64,000 bases of DNA from an uncultured virus (IMG/VR IMGVR_UViG_3300042945_003839) (IMGVR_UViG_3300042945_003839), one strand, 5' to 3'. Positions 39,140-48,108 are shown, counted from the stretch's first letter. A program made the numbers and translations. Notes: a model not told the origin generated them from the sequence alone.

Positions 39140-39776
39140 CTTTATCTCCAAAAAGTTTGTCTATTGCTTTTTCTCGAGAAGACTTAGATTTTTCAGGCTG
39201 AGGAGAAGAAATTTTTGACCATAAAGAATCAACTATATCAGTAGAGCGTAAAGATTTAGATATCTTTTTTTCTTCTACTGCAGCTACTTTTTCTTCAACC
39301 TGCACTTTATCATCAATTCTCTCAAATACATCTTTGTCAAAAATACTGACACGATCTTTACGAACATGACCATGAGAACCAGCGTTCTTAGATGCTGGAG
39401 AAAAATTACCTTTAAACCTAGACAAATCTTCTGCAATTTCTTCTGAAACGCTTTGCTTTAAATTAGGCAAAAATTCAGATTGAGCCTGAGACTTTAAAGT
39501 AGTAATCTTGTCCGTAGCCACTGATTCTGGAGAAAATATAGATCTAGAAGAATACTTCCCGACATAATTGTCAGAAGGTACGCTAGCATCACTTGAAGAA
39601 GAACTTCTAGTAATTTTATTATTTAATAATGTACCATCAGACTGAGAAGCTTTTTTACTTGTCTGTTTTCTAAAAAAACTTTCCAACACAGCTGGGTCAA
39701 CAGGCGTGCTTTTTTCTTGCGAAGCAGTGTCTTGAAAAATTGAAGATTTGCTAGCGTCTTTGTTTTTAAAAATCAT
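39132..39776 (-). CDS. Hypothetical Ser/Lys-rich head-associated protein
   Basis: 214 aa low complexity; repeated SIF motif; coupled to its neighbours. Confidence 0.6.
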   Translation of the reverse strand: MIFKNKDASKSSIFQDTASQEKSTPVDPAVLESFFRKQTSKKASQSDGTLLNNKITRSSSSSDASVPSDNYVGKYSSRSIFSPESVATDKITTLKSQAQSEFLPNLKQSVSEEIAEDLSRFKGNFSPASKNAGSHGHVRKDRVSIFDKDVFERIDDKVQVEEKVAAVEEKKISKSLRSTDIVDSLWSKISSPQPEKSKSSREKAIDKLFGDKDA

Positions 39777-40381
39777 TTTGTATATCCCAATCTCTTTAAA
39801 GTATCTGCTAGCATAGTTTTTCTCATTTCAAATTGCTCTGCAAAAATACTAGAAGCAACCTTCTTTTGCACAGTTCCTTTTTCATCAGGAACAAATTTCA
39901 AACTACCTTCTTCAGTAGGCTCCTGAACATCAGTCTTTGGAACACTTTTAAAAGATACTTTAAAATTTTTACCGTGTTCAATTTCACATTCTACACTAAA
40001 TGCGGTACAAAATTCTGAAACAATCTGCTTGGCCTCTGCAAGAGAAACCTTCTTTTGGCCAGTATGAACCGGAATAATAAAAAACCCATTCATATCACCA
40101 TTTGAAGAAATAGAATAGCTAACAAGGTTTTCTAGTTTTTTATCAACAGTTCGCTCTGGAACTCCAAGACGATTTACCAAGATATCTGTTACAAAATCTC
40201 TTATGTTTTTATCATCAAGAGTTTGTGGCTCAGAATCAGAAGGAGCAGGAGATACTGGAACAGCAGGAGCTGGCGTACTGCCTTGCATATAAGCAGAAGC
40301 AGGTTCAGGAGGCGCTACTTGCGCCGTCCTGAACATCTGCGTCTGCATTTCTTTTCTAATACCTACAGGCAATATAGCCAT
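39773..40381 (-). CDS. Hypothetical head-associated protein
   Basis: AAGGAG SD; globular core flanked by RTAQ and KVAS motifs. Confidence 0.6.
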   Translation of the reverse strand: MAILPVGIRKEMQTQMFRTAQVAPPEPASAYMQGSTPAPAVPVSPAPSDSEPQTLDDKNIRDFVTDILVNRLGVPERTVDKKLENLVSYSISSNGDMNGFFIIPVHTGQKKVSLAEAKQIVSEFCTAFSVECEIEHGKNFKVSFKSVPKTDVQEPTEEGSLKFVPDEKGTVQKKVASSIFAEQFEMRKTMLADTLKRLGYTK

Positions 40382-40392
40382 ATTAAAACTCC

Positions 40393-41103
40393 TTAGTTTT
40401 GAACAGACAAAAGAGCTTCAATAAAATCCTTTGGCCAAACGTTGTCCCAATACTTGCGGAAATGGGATTTTTGCTTTTCAGTAAGATTAGCGATTTTTAC
40501 AAACTTAGGCTGCTCTGAAGCCATCTTGCCAGACCAGCAAGACTCCTTGCCGCTCTTACCGCTCTTACCGCTCTTACCGCTCTTGCTTTCTTCAGAATCA
40601 TCTATCACAACTTCTTCGCCGTCTTCACTCTTTGTCTCTGCGTGAGCCCACCCAGCTTCATGAGCAGTAGCTAATGTCAAAACAACTTCGTTGTCATTGA
40701 CCTTTTCGATACTAGCAATTTTGAGACCCTGATCTTCAGTTTCTGCCTTTTTCTTATCAAGAATAGCTTGCTGAAGTGCAGCAGGAAGCTTTTTCTGAGC
40801 TGCAGTTAGACCAGACTTGCCTGATGCTCCAGACTTACCAGATGTGCCTGACTTCTTGGCCTCACCTGACTTTCCAGACTTGCCTGATGCTCCAGACTTA
40901 CCCTTAAAGTGCTCTAAAACTTCCTTTGGCATTTTATCACCCTTAGTAGTCTTTTCCATCATGGCCTCTTTACCAGCTTCCTTCACAGGTGCTTCAGCGG
41001 CAGAAGCTGTCTTTGTCATAGAGTTACCCTTAACTCCATCAATCAAATCTTGAAATGACTTTTGTGATCCGTTAACGTAAATTTTGTTAGAAAAGAATTG
41101 CAT
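40393..41103 (-). CDS. Basic low-complexity core/scaffold-like protein with SGK repeats
   Basis: GGAGG SD; KSGASGKSGKSG repeats, MPKEVLEHFK, GLTAAQKKLPAALQQAIL; KTAS, KIAS, KMAS, KIAN motifs. Confidence 0.65.
   Translation of the reverse strand: MQFFSNKIYVNGSQKSFQDLIDGVKGNSMTKTASAAEAPVKEAGKEAMMEKTTKGDKMPKEVLEHFKGKSGASGKSGKSGEAKKSGTSGKSGASGKSGLTAAQKKLPAALQQAILDKKKAETEDQGLKIASIEKVNDNEVVLTLATAHEAGWAHAETKSEDGEEVVIDDSEESKSGKSGKSGKSGKESCWSGKMASEQPKFVKIANLTEKQKSHFRKYWDNVWPKDFIEALLSVQN
40552..40902. repeat. Coding tandem and direct repeats (SGK units)
   Basis: 9-bp GCTCTTACC tandem at ~40552-40585; identical 29-bp CCAGACTTGCCTGATGCTCCAGACTTACC at 40811 and 40874. Confidence 0.85.
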
Positions 41104-41132
41104 ATAATTGTTCCTCCAAATGGTCCTTTTTA

Positions 41133-41157
41133 TTAATTAGTATTTATAAATTTTCCT
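41133..41157 (-). promoter_or_regulatory. Candidate late promoter AGG-N17-ATTAA
   Basis: Intergenic; conserved spacing with four other sites. Confidence 0.4.
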
Positions 41158-41766
41158 TTATGATAAAAGGCAGTCTCTGTAATTATGTAAACTTTCTTGA
41201 CGAATTTGATCTGCAAAATCATAAAGTTTTTCAGATATAGCTGGATCTGTTTCCGAAACTTCACGAGCTATTTCAACAACTTCATTGCTTACTTGAGCAA
41301 GTTTCCATGGAATACTAAACATTCTTTCAGCAACAGTCATTGGAACAGCGTCTGAAATTTGTAAGCCTGAAGCTATTTTTTCTTGAATCTCAGTTTTTAA
41401 AACTTCGTCTGAAACATTTGTAGTTTCTGATTTAGCAACTTTTATTAAAGAATTTGAGTCATTTTTTGCATACTTATCCCATTCTGAACTATTTGACATC
41501 AATGAATCAACCCACTCAGAATGACATTCTGTCCAAATTTCCTGAGCGCTCTTCTTAGCTTCTTTAGTCCTTTTTTCTCTATAGCAATTGTCAAAGCATC
41601 TACCATTGCGAATCCAATAGCCTTGAACTCCATCATATTGAGCCTGTTTAACCATAGTCAAAGATTCAGCAATACCATCAAGCTGTGAAGCATGCTTGGT
41701 AAGACCCTTTACGTCTAAACTTTGTGCAGTCAAAATAATATCTTTTATTAAATTAATCATAAACAC
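41158..41766 (-). CDS. Hypothetical head-associated protein
   Basis: AQSLDVKGLTKHASQLD N-terminal motif; KQAQ, KYAK, KVAK, KIAS motifs. Confidence 0.65.
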   Translation of the reverse strand: MFMINLIKDIILTAQSLDVKGLTKHASQLDGIAESLTMVKQAQYDGVQGYWIRNGRCFDNCYREKRTKEAKKSAQEIWTECHSEWVDSLMSNSSEWDKYAKNDSNSLIKVAKSETTNVSDEVLKTEIQEKIASGLQISDAVPMTVAERMFSIPWKLAQVSNEVVEIAREVSETDPAISEKLYDFADQIRQESLHNYRDCLLS

Positions 41767-42599
41767 TATCTCCGTGTTAATAATATTGATTTAGGAAGAA
41801 ACTTCCTTCCAGGAAAGCCATATGAAACTATATTCATTATAATATATTGGCTTGGATGATCTGCGGTCTCATCATATGCTTTTAAAACTTGTCTTTTACT
41901 ATTTCTGGAAAAAAATATTCTATGAGGCTCAATGTCTTTTGTTACAGTATGACCTTTTTCTGTGTGGTATGTTATTCTCATTACCTGATTATTGCTCATA
42001 GACCAACGCAATGCTTCAAAAACACTACCAAACTTAGGAATATTTAAAACAACTTGTTGAGCTGGCGCAGAAACAGGAGCAACAATAACAGGCTTCTGCT
42101 TTTCAGGCACTAATGGTTTTTTAATATCTTGTTTAGGCTTTTGTTCTAAAACTTCTTTCTCGTCTTCAACAGGAGCATCATTGCTTTCTTCTTCTTTTTC
42201 TTCTTTTTGTGCAGTTTTAATATTTTTTACAACTATGACTGCGTTGTCAAATTTTTTAAGCAACGGCTCACAATAGTCTCCTACAGAAAAGCCATTCGAC
42301 TTAAACCATCCGTCCTCTACCTCCAAAGCATACTTGCATGGACATGACGACTTAACGCTCGTTAAATCATGCTCTTTGATTCTTTTTATGTCGCGAATAG
42401 TTCCACCCTCGTCTATAAAAGCTATGTCTAAAGGCATAAAAGTATTCATGCCCCAAAAACTTAAGGGCTTAGGATGATCAAAAACAAATAACATCCCACT
42501 ATCTTTATCTAAAGATTTTCTAAACATAAGCCCACGACTGACTTGATCAGGCGTTTTAGCAACTTCAACAAAGATTTTTTTAGTATTACTCGATTTCAT
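41766..42599 (-). CDS. DUF192 domain fused to a WYL-like domain
   Basis: EVAKTP....RGLMFR..L....GMLFVF...FWGMNT.MPLDIAFID...YALEV..GWF (DUF192); C-terminal MRITYH...G....DIEPHRI......L.AYD (WYL-like). Confidence 0.8.
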   Translation of the reverse strand: MKSSNTKKIFVEVAKTPDQVSRGLMFRKSLDKDSGMLFVFDHPKPLSFWGMNTFMPLDIAFIDEGGTIRDIKRIKEHDLTSVKSSCPCKYALEVEDGWFKSNGFSVGDYCEPLLKKFDNAVIVVKNIKTAQKEEKEEESNDAPVEDEKEVLEQKPKQDIKKPLVPEKQKPVIVAPVSAPAQQVVLNIPKFGSVFEALRWSMSNNQVMRITYHTEKGHTVTKDIEPHRIFFSRNSKRQVLKAYDETADHPSQYIIMNIVSYGFPGRKFLPKSILLTRR

Positions 42600-42795
42600 T
42601 AAACTTAAAACCCTTGTACTTTGCCCTTATAGTAAAATCATCGACATCGCCATCTTCTATAGAAATAACAAGTCTTTTTGTTACAGATCTAGAAACATCT
42701 ATTTCAATATCATTCCAAAAACCACTGTGCCGCAAAAAATCTAAACACAAAACCCTATCTCTCTCGCTGTTATATTTGTAACTTAAATGCATCAT
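42586..42795 (-). CDS. Hypothetical protein
   Basis: 69-aa ORF with ATGA overlap. Confidence 0.5.
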   Translation of the reverse strand: MMHLSYKYNSERDRVLCLDFLRHSGFWNDIEIDVSRSVTKRLVISIEDGDVDDFTIRAKYKGFKFNEIE

Positions 42796-43193
42796 GATCT
42801 AAATATTGAGTTGCCTCTTTTAGGTACTTGAAAATTCTCTTGACTTAATTTGCCCATTTGCCTTGAACCAACATTAGTTTTAAGTGCAAATGTACAATCG
42901 TCATCTGAAAGTATCATTTTTTCTAAAAGCTTAGCACCATTTGCTGTAACTGTTGCATTATTAACATCCCCTTTAATCAAGCCAGCAAGCTGCAACTCTA
43001 CAAAATCGGTCGTGTGCATACTCATTGGCTTTGCTATTTTAATATTTGACTCGCCATTAACAGATGCAACAAAAAGAGAATAGAGATTTTTTGCCTGTTT
43101 TGAGTATATGCTAATAGCATTTAAATTACTAACATTAATACTTTTATTATTAACTAAAAAATCAATAAGAGAAGACTGACTTGTTTTTTTCAT
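42792..43193 (-). CDS. Hypothetical protein, possible winged-helix
   Basis: ELQLAGLIKG....VTANGAKLLE resembles a wHTH wing; ATGA overlaps. Confidence 0.5.
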   Translation of the reverse strand: MKKTSQSSLIDFLVNNKSINVSNLNAISIYSKQAKNLYSLFVASVNGESNIKIAKPMSMHTTDFVELQLAGLIKGDVNNATVTANGAKLLEKMILSDDDCTFALKTNVGSRQMGKLSQENFQVPKRGNSIFRS

Positions 43194-43993
43194 GGATTAC
43201 CCCACAGATTTGCACGATATGGATATGAAGTTTCATACCCCATTTCCTCAGAACCTGAACGAAAAGCATAAGGCTCATTCCTTAGTTCTCGCCAATAAAA
43301 CCCCACTTTAGCATCGCTTGAAGAATTGTCTTCTAAGCCCATCTGATACCTACGCTGCTTTTGTTTTGCGTCTTGTCTAGCATACGTTTCTTCATCAACA
43401 TCACTCCATCTAAAAACTCTTTCCTGCATTGGCAGGTCTAGGTTTGAATAAGGCCCTTGTATGGAGGAATTGATATCAACACCAGTTGCGATCTTGACTT
43501 GAGAAGCAGATTGATATTTTAAATATGATTTTATTAAATACTTTATGTAACCTAATTTTTTGACGTTATATTCGTATAATTCAATTTTTGATAACACAAC
43601 GGCAGCTTGTTCTGCAGTAGAATGACTCATACGGTCAGCAGCTAAGCATGAAAGTTTTCTAATGTGTTTAACACAGGATCTGTCTTTTAAAACTGCATGC
43701 TGACTTTTACTTTTAATGTAATTAAAACATTTTTGCAAAACACGCAGTCCCTGCACTGATATGCCACCAGCTATTGCTTTAACATTAGTTTCTACCTTTT
43801 CCCACTCTTCTTTTAATTTTTTTAATTGATCTTTTTGAATATCAGTCAGTCGTTGACAAAATAAATCTATGTTCTCTGAATAATTACTTTCTAAAGATGC
43901 GATTTCAGAACCATTTATGGCATATCCATAAAAGTTTAACTCTACCTGTATTGCTTGGAGCTTTGCTTCATGCATCGTTACATTTTCTTCCAA
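43190..43993 (-). CDS. Hypothetical protein
   Basis: 267-aa ORF; helical N-terminal domain, then VKIATG and a distinct C-terminal segment; start codon uncertain. Confidence 0.6.
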   Translation of the reverse strand: MEENVTMHEAKLQAIQVELNFYGYAINGSEIASLESNYSENIDLFCQRLTDIQKDQLKKLKEEWEKVETNVKAIAGGISVQGLRVLQKCFNYIKSKSQHAVLKDRSCVKHIRKLSCLAADRMSHSTAEQAAVVLSKIELYEYNVKKLGYIKYLIKSYLKYQSASQVKIATGVDINSSIQGPYSNLDLPMQERVFRWSDVDEETYARQDAKQKQRRYQMGLEDNSSSDAKVGFYWRELRNEPYAFRSGSEEMGYETSYPYRANLWGNP

Positions 43994-44110
43994 CTAAGTC
44001 AGAAGCATACTCCTTGGGATACAGTAAAGTAAAATAACGACACAACTTTTTCTTATTGTTGTTTTTTACTTTTTTAATTTTATTTTTAAATGTATCAGAA
44101 TTTAATTTGA

Positions 44111-44686
44111 TCAAAGATCAAGCTCCTCGTTGTTTGAGCCTACAAAGATCGTTTTCTTTTCTGAAACGAGCGGAGTAGACTGGACATCCGAGGTTATTTT
44201 TGAAGATTCTGAGCTATTATCCTTTTTATCTTCTTTTTTTGCAGCTGGCTTTTTCTTAAAACTTTTTCTACTTTCAGTAGATTTTTTTACTTGTTCTGAA
44301 GAAGCTGGTTTAGCAGCAGCAGGAGCTGATTCAGAAGCAACCCCTTCACAGACCAGCAAGCCACTAATTACAAGCTTGTCAAGCTCAACGCATGTAGGAT
44401 CATCCTTCAGCAATACAATGCTGTCTCCAGAATTGAGTGGACGCTTCAAAAATTGTGAAACTATAATCTTTCTAGACTTATTAGTATAGACTTTCTTTTC
44501 TGCGCTAGCAGCATTTTGAGCATCTTGATCAACAGCTTCAACATACCCATGATGTATTGCCCATACTAATTCATGATGGCCAATTTTGTCTTTTGTGAGG
44601 TCAAAAAATACACCACGTTTTAAAACAAGGTTTAAACCTCCAAGGACTATCTCTCCAGCAATTTTTTCAGTTGTTTTAAATCTCAT
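44111..44686 (-). CDS. Protein with two copies of the shared ~55-aa module and a Lys/Ser-rich tail
   Basis: Copies end ...LVWAIHHGYVEAV and ...LDKLVISGLLVCE. Confidence 0.6.
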   Translation of the reverse strand: MRFKTTEKIAGEIVLGGLNLVLKRGVFFDLTKDKIGHHELVWAIHHGYVEAVDQDAQNAASAEKKVYTNKSRKIIVSQFLKRPLNSGDSIVLLKDDPTCVELDKLVISGLLVCEGVASESAPAAAKPASSEQVKKSTESRKSFKKKPAAKKEDKKDNSSESSKITSDVQSTPLVSEKKTIFVGSNNEELDL

Positions 44687-45123
44687 AGTTTACTTATCCT
44701 TTTCTTAGCAAGATTACCAGATAGCTGTTCAGGCTTGCTATCTCTATTATCGTCAGCTATTAAGGTAAATATTCTAAACGTTCTGGATAATGGGCCGTCA
44801 TTAGTCGTGAAGTTCAATTCCTGGCCACTCTCTCCATATGGAAGTCTACCCTGGTCTCTATCAACAAAAGATTCGAATGGGTCATCAGGATCGAAATCAG
44901 TCCATGGATGCTTGTGCGGGGATTCGTGGTCAAAAATGCTGGCACCTCCAATAGAACCAGATGCATCTGGAGCCTCGTCTGGAAAACCCTGATCTCCTAG
45001 CCTAGTCAGCTTAGGAGACTCTCCAGAGTTAGGGCCAACATACCGCTTATACGGATCTTTTCTATCAAGAGGATGCTCAAATGCTGCAGGCCACCCAGTT
45101 CCTCTTCTAGCAATCTTTTTCAT
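44683..45123 (-). CDS. Hypothetical Pro/Asp/Gly-rich protein
   Basis: Starts MKKIARR; ATGA overlaps on both sides. Confidence 0.55.
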   Translation of the reverse strand: MKKIARRGTGWPAAFEHPLDRKDPYKRYVGPNSGESPKLTRLGDQGFPDEAPDASGSIGGASIFDHESPHKHPWTDFDPDDPFESFVDRDQGRLPYGESGQELNFTTNDGPLSRTFRIFTLIADDNRDSKPEQLSGNLAKKRISKL

Positions 45124-45836
45124 GTATTGAGCAATTCTCTCTTTTTACTAATAATAGATTCTATTAAAGTATTTTCTTCCGCATTCAACTCTCTGCCTGC
45201 AGATGCAGCCTTGTATGCAACATAAAAGGCTGCAGCATCCAGTTTCTTAACAGAATCTAGATCGCCAATTGTGTGCATAGATTTAACTGAAGATGACTCT
45301 TCAATATTGGAAAGGTTCTTTTTTACGTCTTCAGTAGGCACACCATCAAAATTAACAAAACGATCTGGAGAATTAGGTAAACCAGAAGCAGATGAAGCAA
45401 CATTGCCAGGAACTTGCTTGGAACCTTTTTTACCTATATATTTTTCAAACAGATCTTTTTGTTTAGTTAGATTTTTTTCAGCTTTTGCATATGCGTCACG
45501 ATAAGCTTGATCATGCATTTCAGTGGCTATGTTAATACGAGGAACTTCATCTCTAACGTTATCATTTTTTCTAACAGAATATTTTAGCTTGTCTTCCATT
45601 TGAGCTTCTAGCGTTTGAGAATCAGACTTGTTTTCTTTATTCATTTTGCTTTCAATTATTGCATCTCCATCAGAAGACTCAACCCTGTCAAGAATGCTTT
45701 CTGCAATTTCTGGAGTTTCAGACACTCCAGTACCCTGATCTTTTCTGTGCTGCTCAAGATCTGAAGCAAGACTTGCAGTTTTTACTTGAGAATTTTCTAC
45801 AAACAACGATTTGACCCATTTTTTTAAGTTAAACAT
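45120..45836 (-). CDS. Hypothetical head-associated protein
   Basis: Starts MFNLKKW...VKTAS; IAESIL/IIESKM/TLEAQM repeats resemble the TTEAQL repeats of the polyprotein. Confidence 0.6.
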   Translation of the reverse strand: MFNLKKWVKSLFVENSQVKTASLASDLEQHRKDQGTGVSETPEIAESILDRVESSDGDAIIESKMNKENKSDSQTLEAQMEDKLKYSVRKNDNVRDEVPRINIATEMHDQAYRDAYAKAEKNLTKQKDLFEKYIGKKGSKQVPGNVASSASGLPNSPDRFVNFDGVPTEDVKKNLSNIEESSSVKSMHTIGDLDSVKKLDAAAFYVAYKAASAGRELNAEENTLIESIISKKRELLNT

Positions 45837-45837
45837 T

Positions 45838-47709
45838 TTAGAACCTTTTGCTCCATTTTTGTTGCTGAAGAGAATGACCTATAGGCACACCCGACATACT
45901 CCTAAAAACCACTCCTTCTCCTACTGGATTTACTGATAAACTAACCAATCTTCCTTGAGGCAATCTTACAACACTATCATGCATACACGCGTATGCAGCT
46001 CCAGCCAATGCATCCACAAGGTCATCAGTCTTTACTAGACCGTCTTTTTTAGCAAAAACTCTATATCCAGTAGGAGTATATCTTCGCTGCAAATACAGCA
46101 TTTCATTTTTTAGCAACTCGTGATCTGGGATTTCTAAACGACCTGCTGAACATAAATCATATAAATTATCATATATAATAATTTTATATCTTTTTGTAAA
46201 CCTTGTCATTTTTGCTGGAACACTATGTTTTTTCAAATGATCAATACTGTGCTGAGAGTTCCACTGATCAAATGTAACAAGTTCAAAATTGAACCTTTTA
46301 CTTAATGCAATAATATAATTATCAACTTCTTCTGTTAATATTGGCTTACCCTCTTTAGGTTGCCAATATTTTAAATGATCCACTTTAATTTTAAAATCTG
46401 TTTTATTTGTTTGTGGATTAATAAACATCTCTCGGTGACAAACACATAATGCATAATTGTGAGAAGATGTTGCTGGATCTAAATGACAGAAATAGCTAAA
46501 GCCTCCCTCTCCATGATCCCTAAGCTTTATACTACTACCAAAAGATCTTTCAACCATATCTCTTGTAAAGAATGTTTGACCAGCAGTGCCGCTAAATTCT
46601 GCGCCAAACTCCATCATAAACTCTTCTTCAGTCATGTTAGCAAATTTTTCACGCAAAAGCTCTACTGTTTGATTTGGATTTACTTTCCAAGTTGGCAATT
46701 TACACATAACACGATGAGATACAGAAGAGCTTTTTCTATATAACTCATAGAACACACCCTCTTTACCGCGTGGAGAACTAATGCATATTATTTTGCCATC
46801 ATACACATCTTGAAGCTTCTCATTGCCATAAGGATCTATGTTTTTTTCTTTGCGAACATATGTTGCAGTTGCAGGTGCAAGCGTTCTATAAATACTTTCA
46901 CCACCGCTACTGCCAGCAGTTTGTTTGTACAAACCAATTTCGTCAAGCAGCAAACAATAGCAAGATATACCAGCGAGAGAGTCAGAATTGCTGTGACCGC
47001 ATCTGATAATAACAGACCCAGGACTTGTTGGAAGTCCTCGAGCAGCGAGCTCAACGTTCTTTACCTTATCAGCTGGTGTTAGAAGATGTATTTGGTCTGC
47101 AAGAATGCCTGAAGCAACAATTTTGTCTGCGAAATATGGACTATTGATAATCTTATCTTTTATTTCATTAAAAAGAACTTGAGCCTGAGCAGAGCTATTT
47201 GCAACAGTCAAAATAGTAAATGGAGCACCTGACCCTAAATTATATAGCTTGTAAGGATCACCTTCAGGAGATTCTAAAAGCTTAGCTGCCTCGTAACAAG
47301 CAAGTATTGAAACTATAAAGTCTTTGCCGCTTCTGCGCCCCCATACAAGAACTAATTCACTTTTTGTTATACCATTGTCTTTTTTTATAAAAATATCACT
47401 TGTGTCTTCATCTTCAAAATTATTTTCTTTACATAAAGCAAGCTCTTCTTCTGAGAGACCAATATTTTGATTACCTATACTCCCAGCATAAAACGCTTTT
47501 AGCATGATGCGCTGAAATGGGTACAGGTCAATTGAAGTAGGCTTTCTATGAGGAAGACCAAGATACTTGTCAGACTCTATAAATTCAATAATACTAGGAA
47601 CGTGACCAGCATCAGATGCTGTCACTGGAACATTTTTGACTGCTTCCTTAAGACCTTCAAGGTCAAAAAAAAGATCAGATTTTTTCTTTGGTCTTCCTGC
47701 TTTACTCAT
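45838..47709 (-). CDS. terL: Terminase large subunit
   Basis: LYPFQ adenine motif, WGRRSGKD Walker A, LLLDEIG Walker B, ISSP coupling motif, EFGAEF, nuclease HLDPA...FDQWNS...DDLVDA. Confidence 0.93.
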   Translation of the reverse strand: MSKAGRPKKKSDLFFDLEGLKEAVKNVPVTASDAGHVPSIIEFIESDKYLGLPHRKPTSIDLYPFQRIMLKAFYAGSIGNQNIGLSEEELALCKENNFEDEDTSDIFIKKDNGITKSELVLVWGRRSGKDFIVSILACYEAAKLLESPEGDPYKLYNLGSGAPFTILTVANSSAQAQVLFNEIKDKIINSPYFADKIVASGILADQIHLLTPADKVKNVELAARGLPTSPGSVIIRCGHSNSDSLAGISCYCLLLDEIGLYKQTAGSSGGESIYRTLAPATATYVRKEKNIDPYGNEKLQDVYDGKIICISSPRGKEGVFYELYRKSSSVSHRVMCKLPTWKVNPNQTVELLREKFANMTEEEFMMEFGAEFSGTAGQTFFTRDMVERSFGSSIKLRDHGEGGFSYFCHLDPATSSHNYALCVCHREMFINPQTNKTDFKIKVDHLKYWQPKEGKPILTEEVDNYIIALSKRFNFELVTFDQWNSQHSIDHLKKHSVPAKMTRFTKRYKIIIYDNLYDLCSAGRLEIPDHELLKNEMLYLQRRYTPTGYRVFAKKDGLVKTDDLVDALAGAAYACMHDSVVRLPQGRLVSLSVNPVGEGVVFRSMSGVPIGHSLQQQKWSKRF

Positions 47710-48058
47710 TTTCTTGATTCAAATAGATGAAGCCTGCTTTTTTAAACAATTGCTTGTATTCTAGTTTTTCGCCTAAATACACAAAACAATCTGCATCATT
47801 ACAGTCATCCAAGCGACTATCTTTTGAAGATACTTTCCACCAAAAAACACCGGGACTATCAAGTTGAAGAACAACTTCAAATATCTTTAGTTCTTCTTCA
47901 GAAATTCCAAAAGCACCCACATGCGTGGCTTTATAAACACTTTTTGCTGCTAAATTTAAAATAAAAGGTTTAGATTTAGTTTTACAAAGTTTACTAAAGC
48001 AATCATTTACTCTAGTTGCTTGATTTTTTGGAATAACTATGTGATATATATATTCCAC
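47702..48058 (-). CDS. Hypothetical protein
   Basis: 118-aa ORF overlapping the terL start. Confidence 0.5.
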   Translation of the reverse strand: MEYIYHIVIPKNQATRVNDCFSKLCKTKSKPFILNLAAKSVYKATHVGAFGISEEELKIFEVVLQLDSPGVFWWKVSSKDSRLDDCNDADCFVYLGEKLEYKQLFKKAGFIYLNQENE

Positions 48059-48066
48059 ATAGTTTT

Positions 48067-48091
48067 TTAAAATAAAACTATAATTTTACCT
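48067..48091 (-). promoter_or_regulatory. Candidate late promoter AGG-N17-TTTAA
   Basis: Intergenic, upstream of the terminase operon; conserved spacing. Confidence 0.4.
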
Positions 48092-48108
48092 ACTTTATTT
48101 TTACTATT

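Noticed and set aside
43991..44015. AAGGAG-T-ATG CTT CTG ACT TAG TTG..., in frame with 43190..43993, hinting at TAG readthrough or code 15
   Set aside because: The SD is only 1 nt from the ATG, multi-kb ORFs contain no in-frame TAG, and TAG acts as a normal stop at 8743, 41766, 48909 and 61235.
44016..44110. AT-rich gap as possible origin or ncRNA
   Set aside because: No iterons, stable hairpin or tRNA-like fold visible.
47702..48058. Terminase small subunit, by position
   Set aside because: No HTH or coiled-coil oligomerisation pattern recognisable; left as hypothetical.
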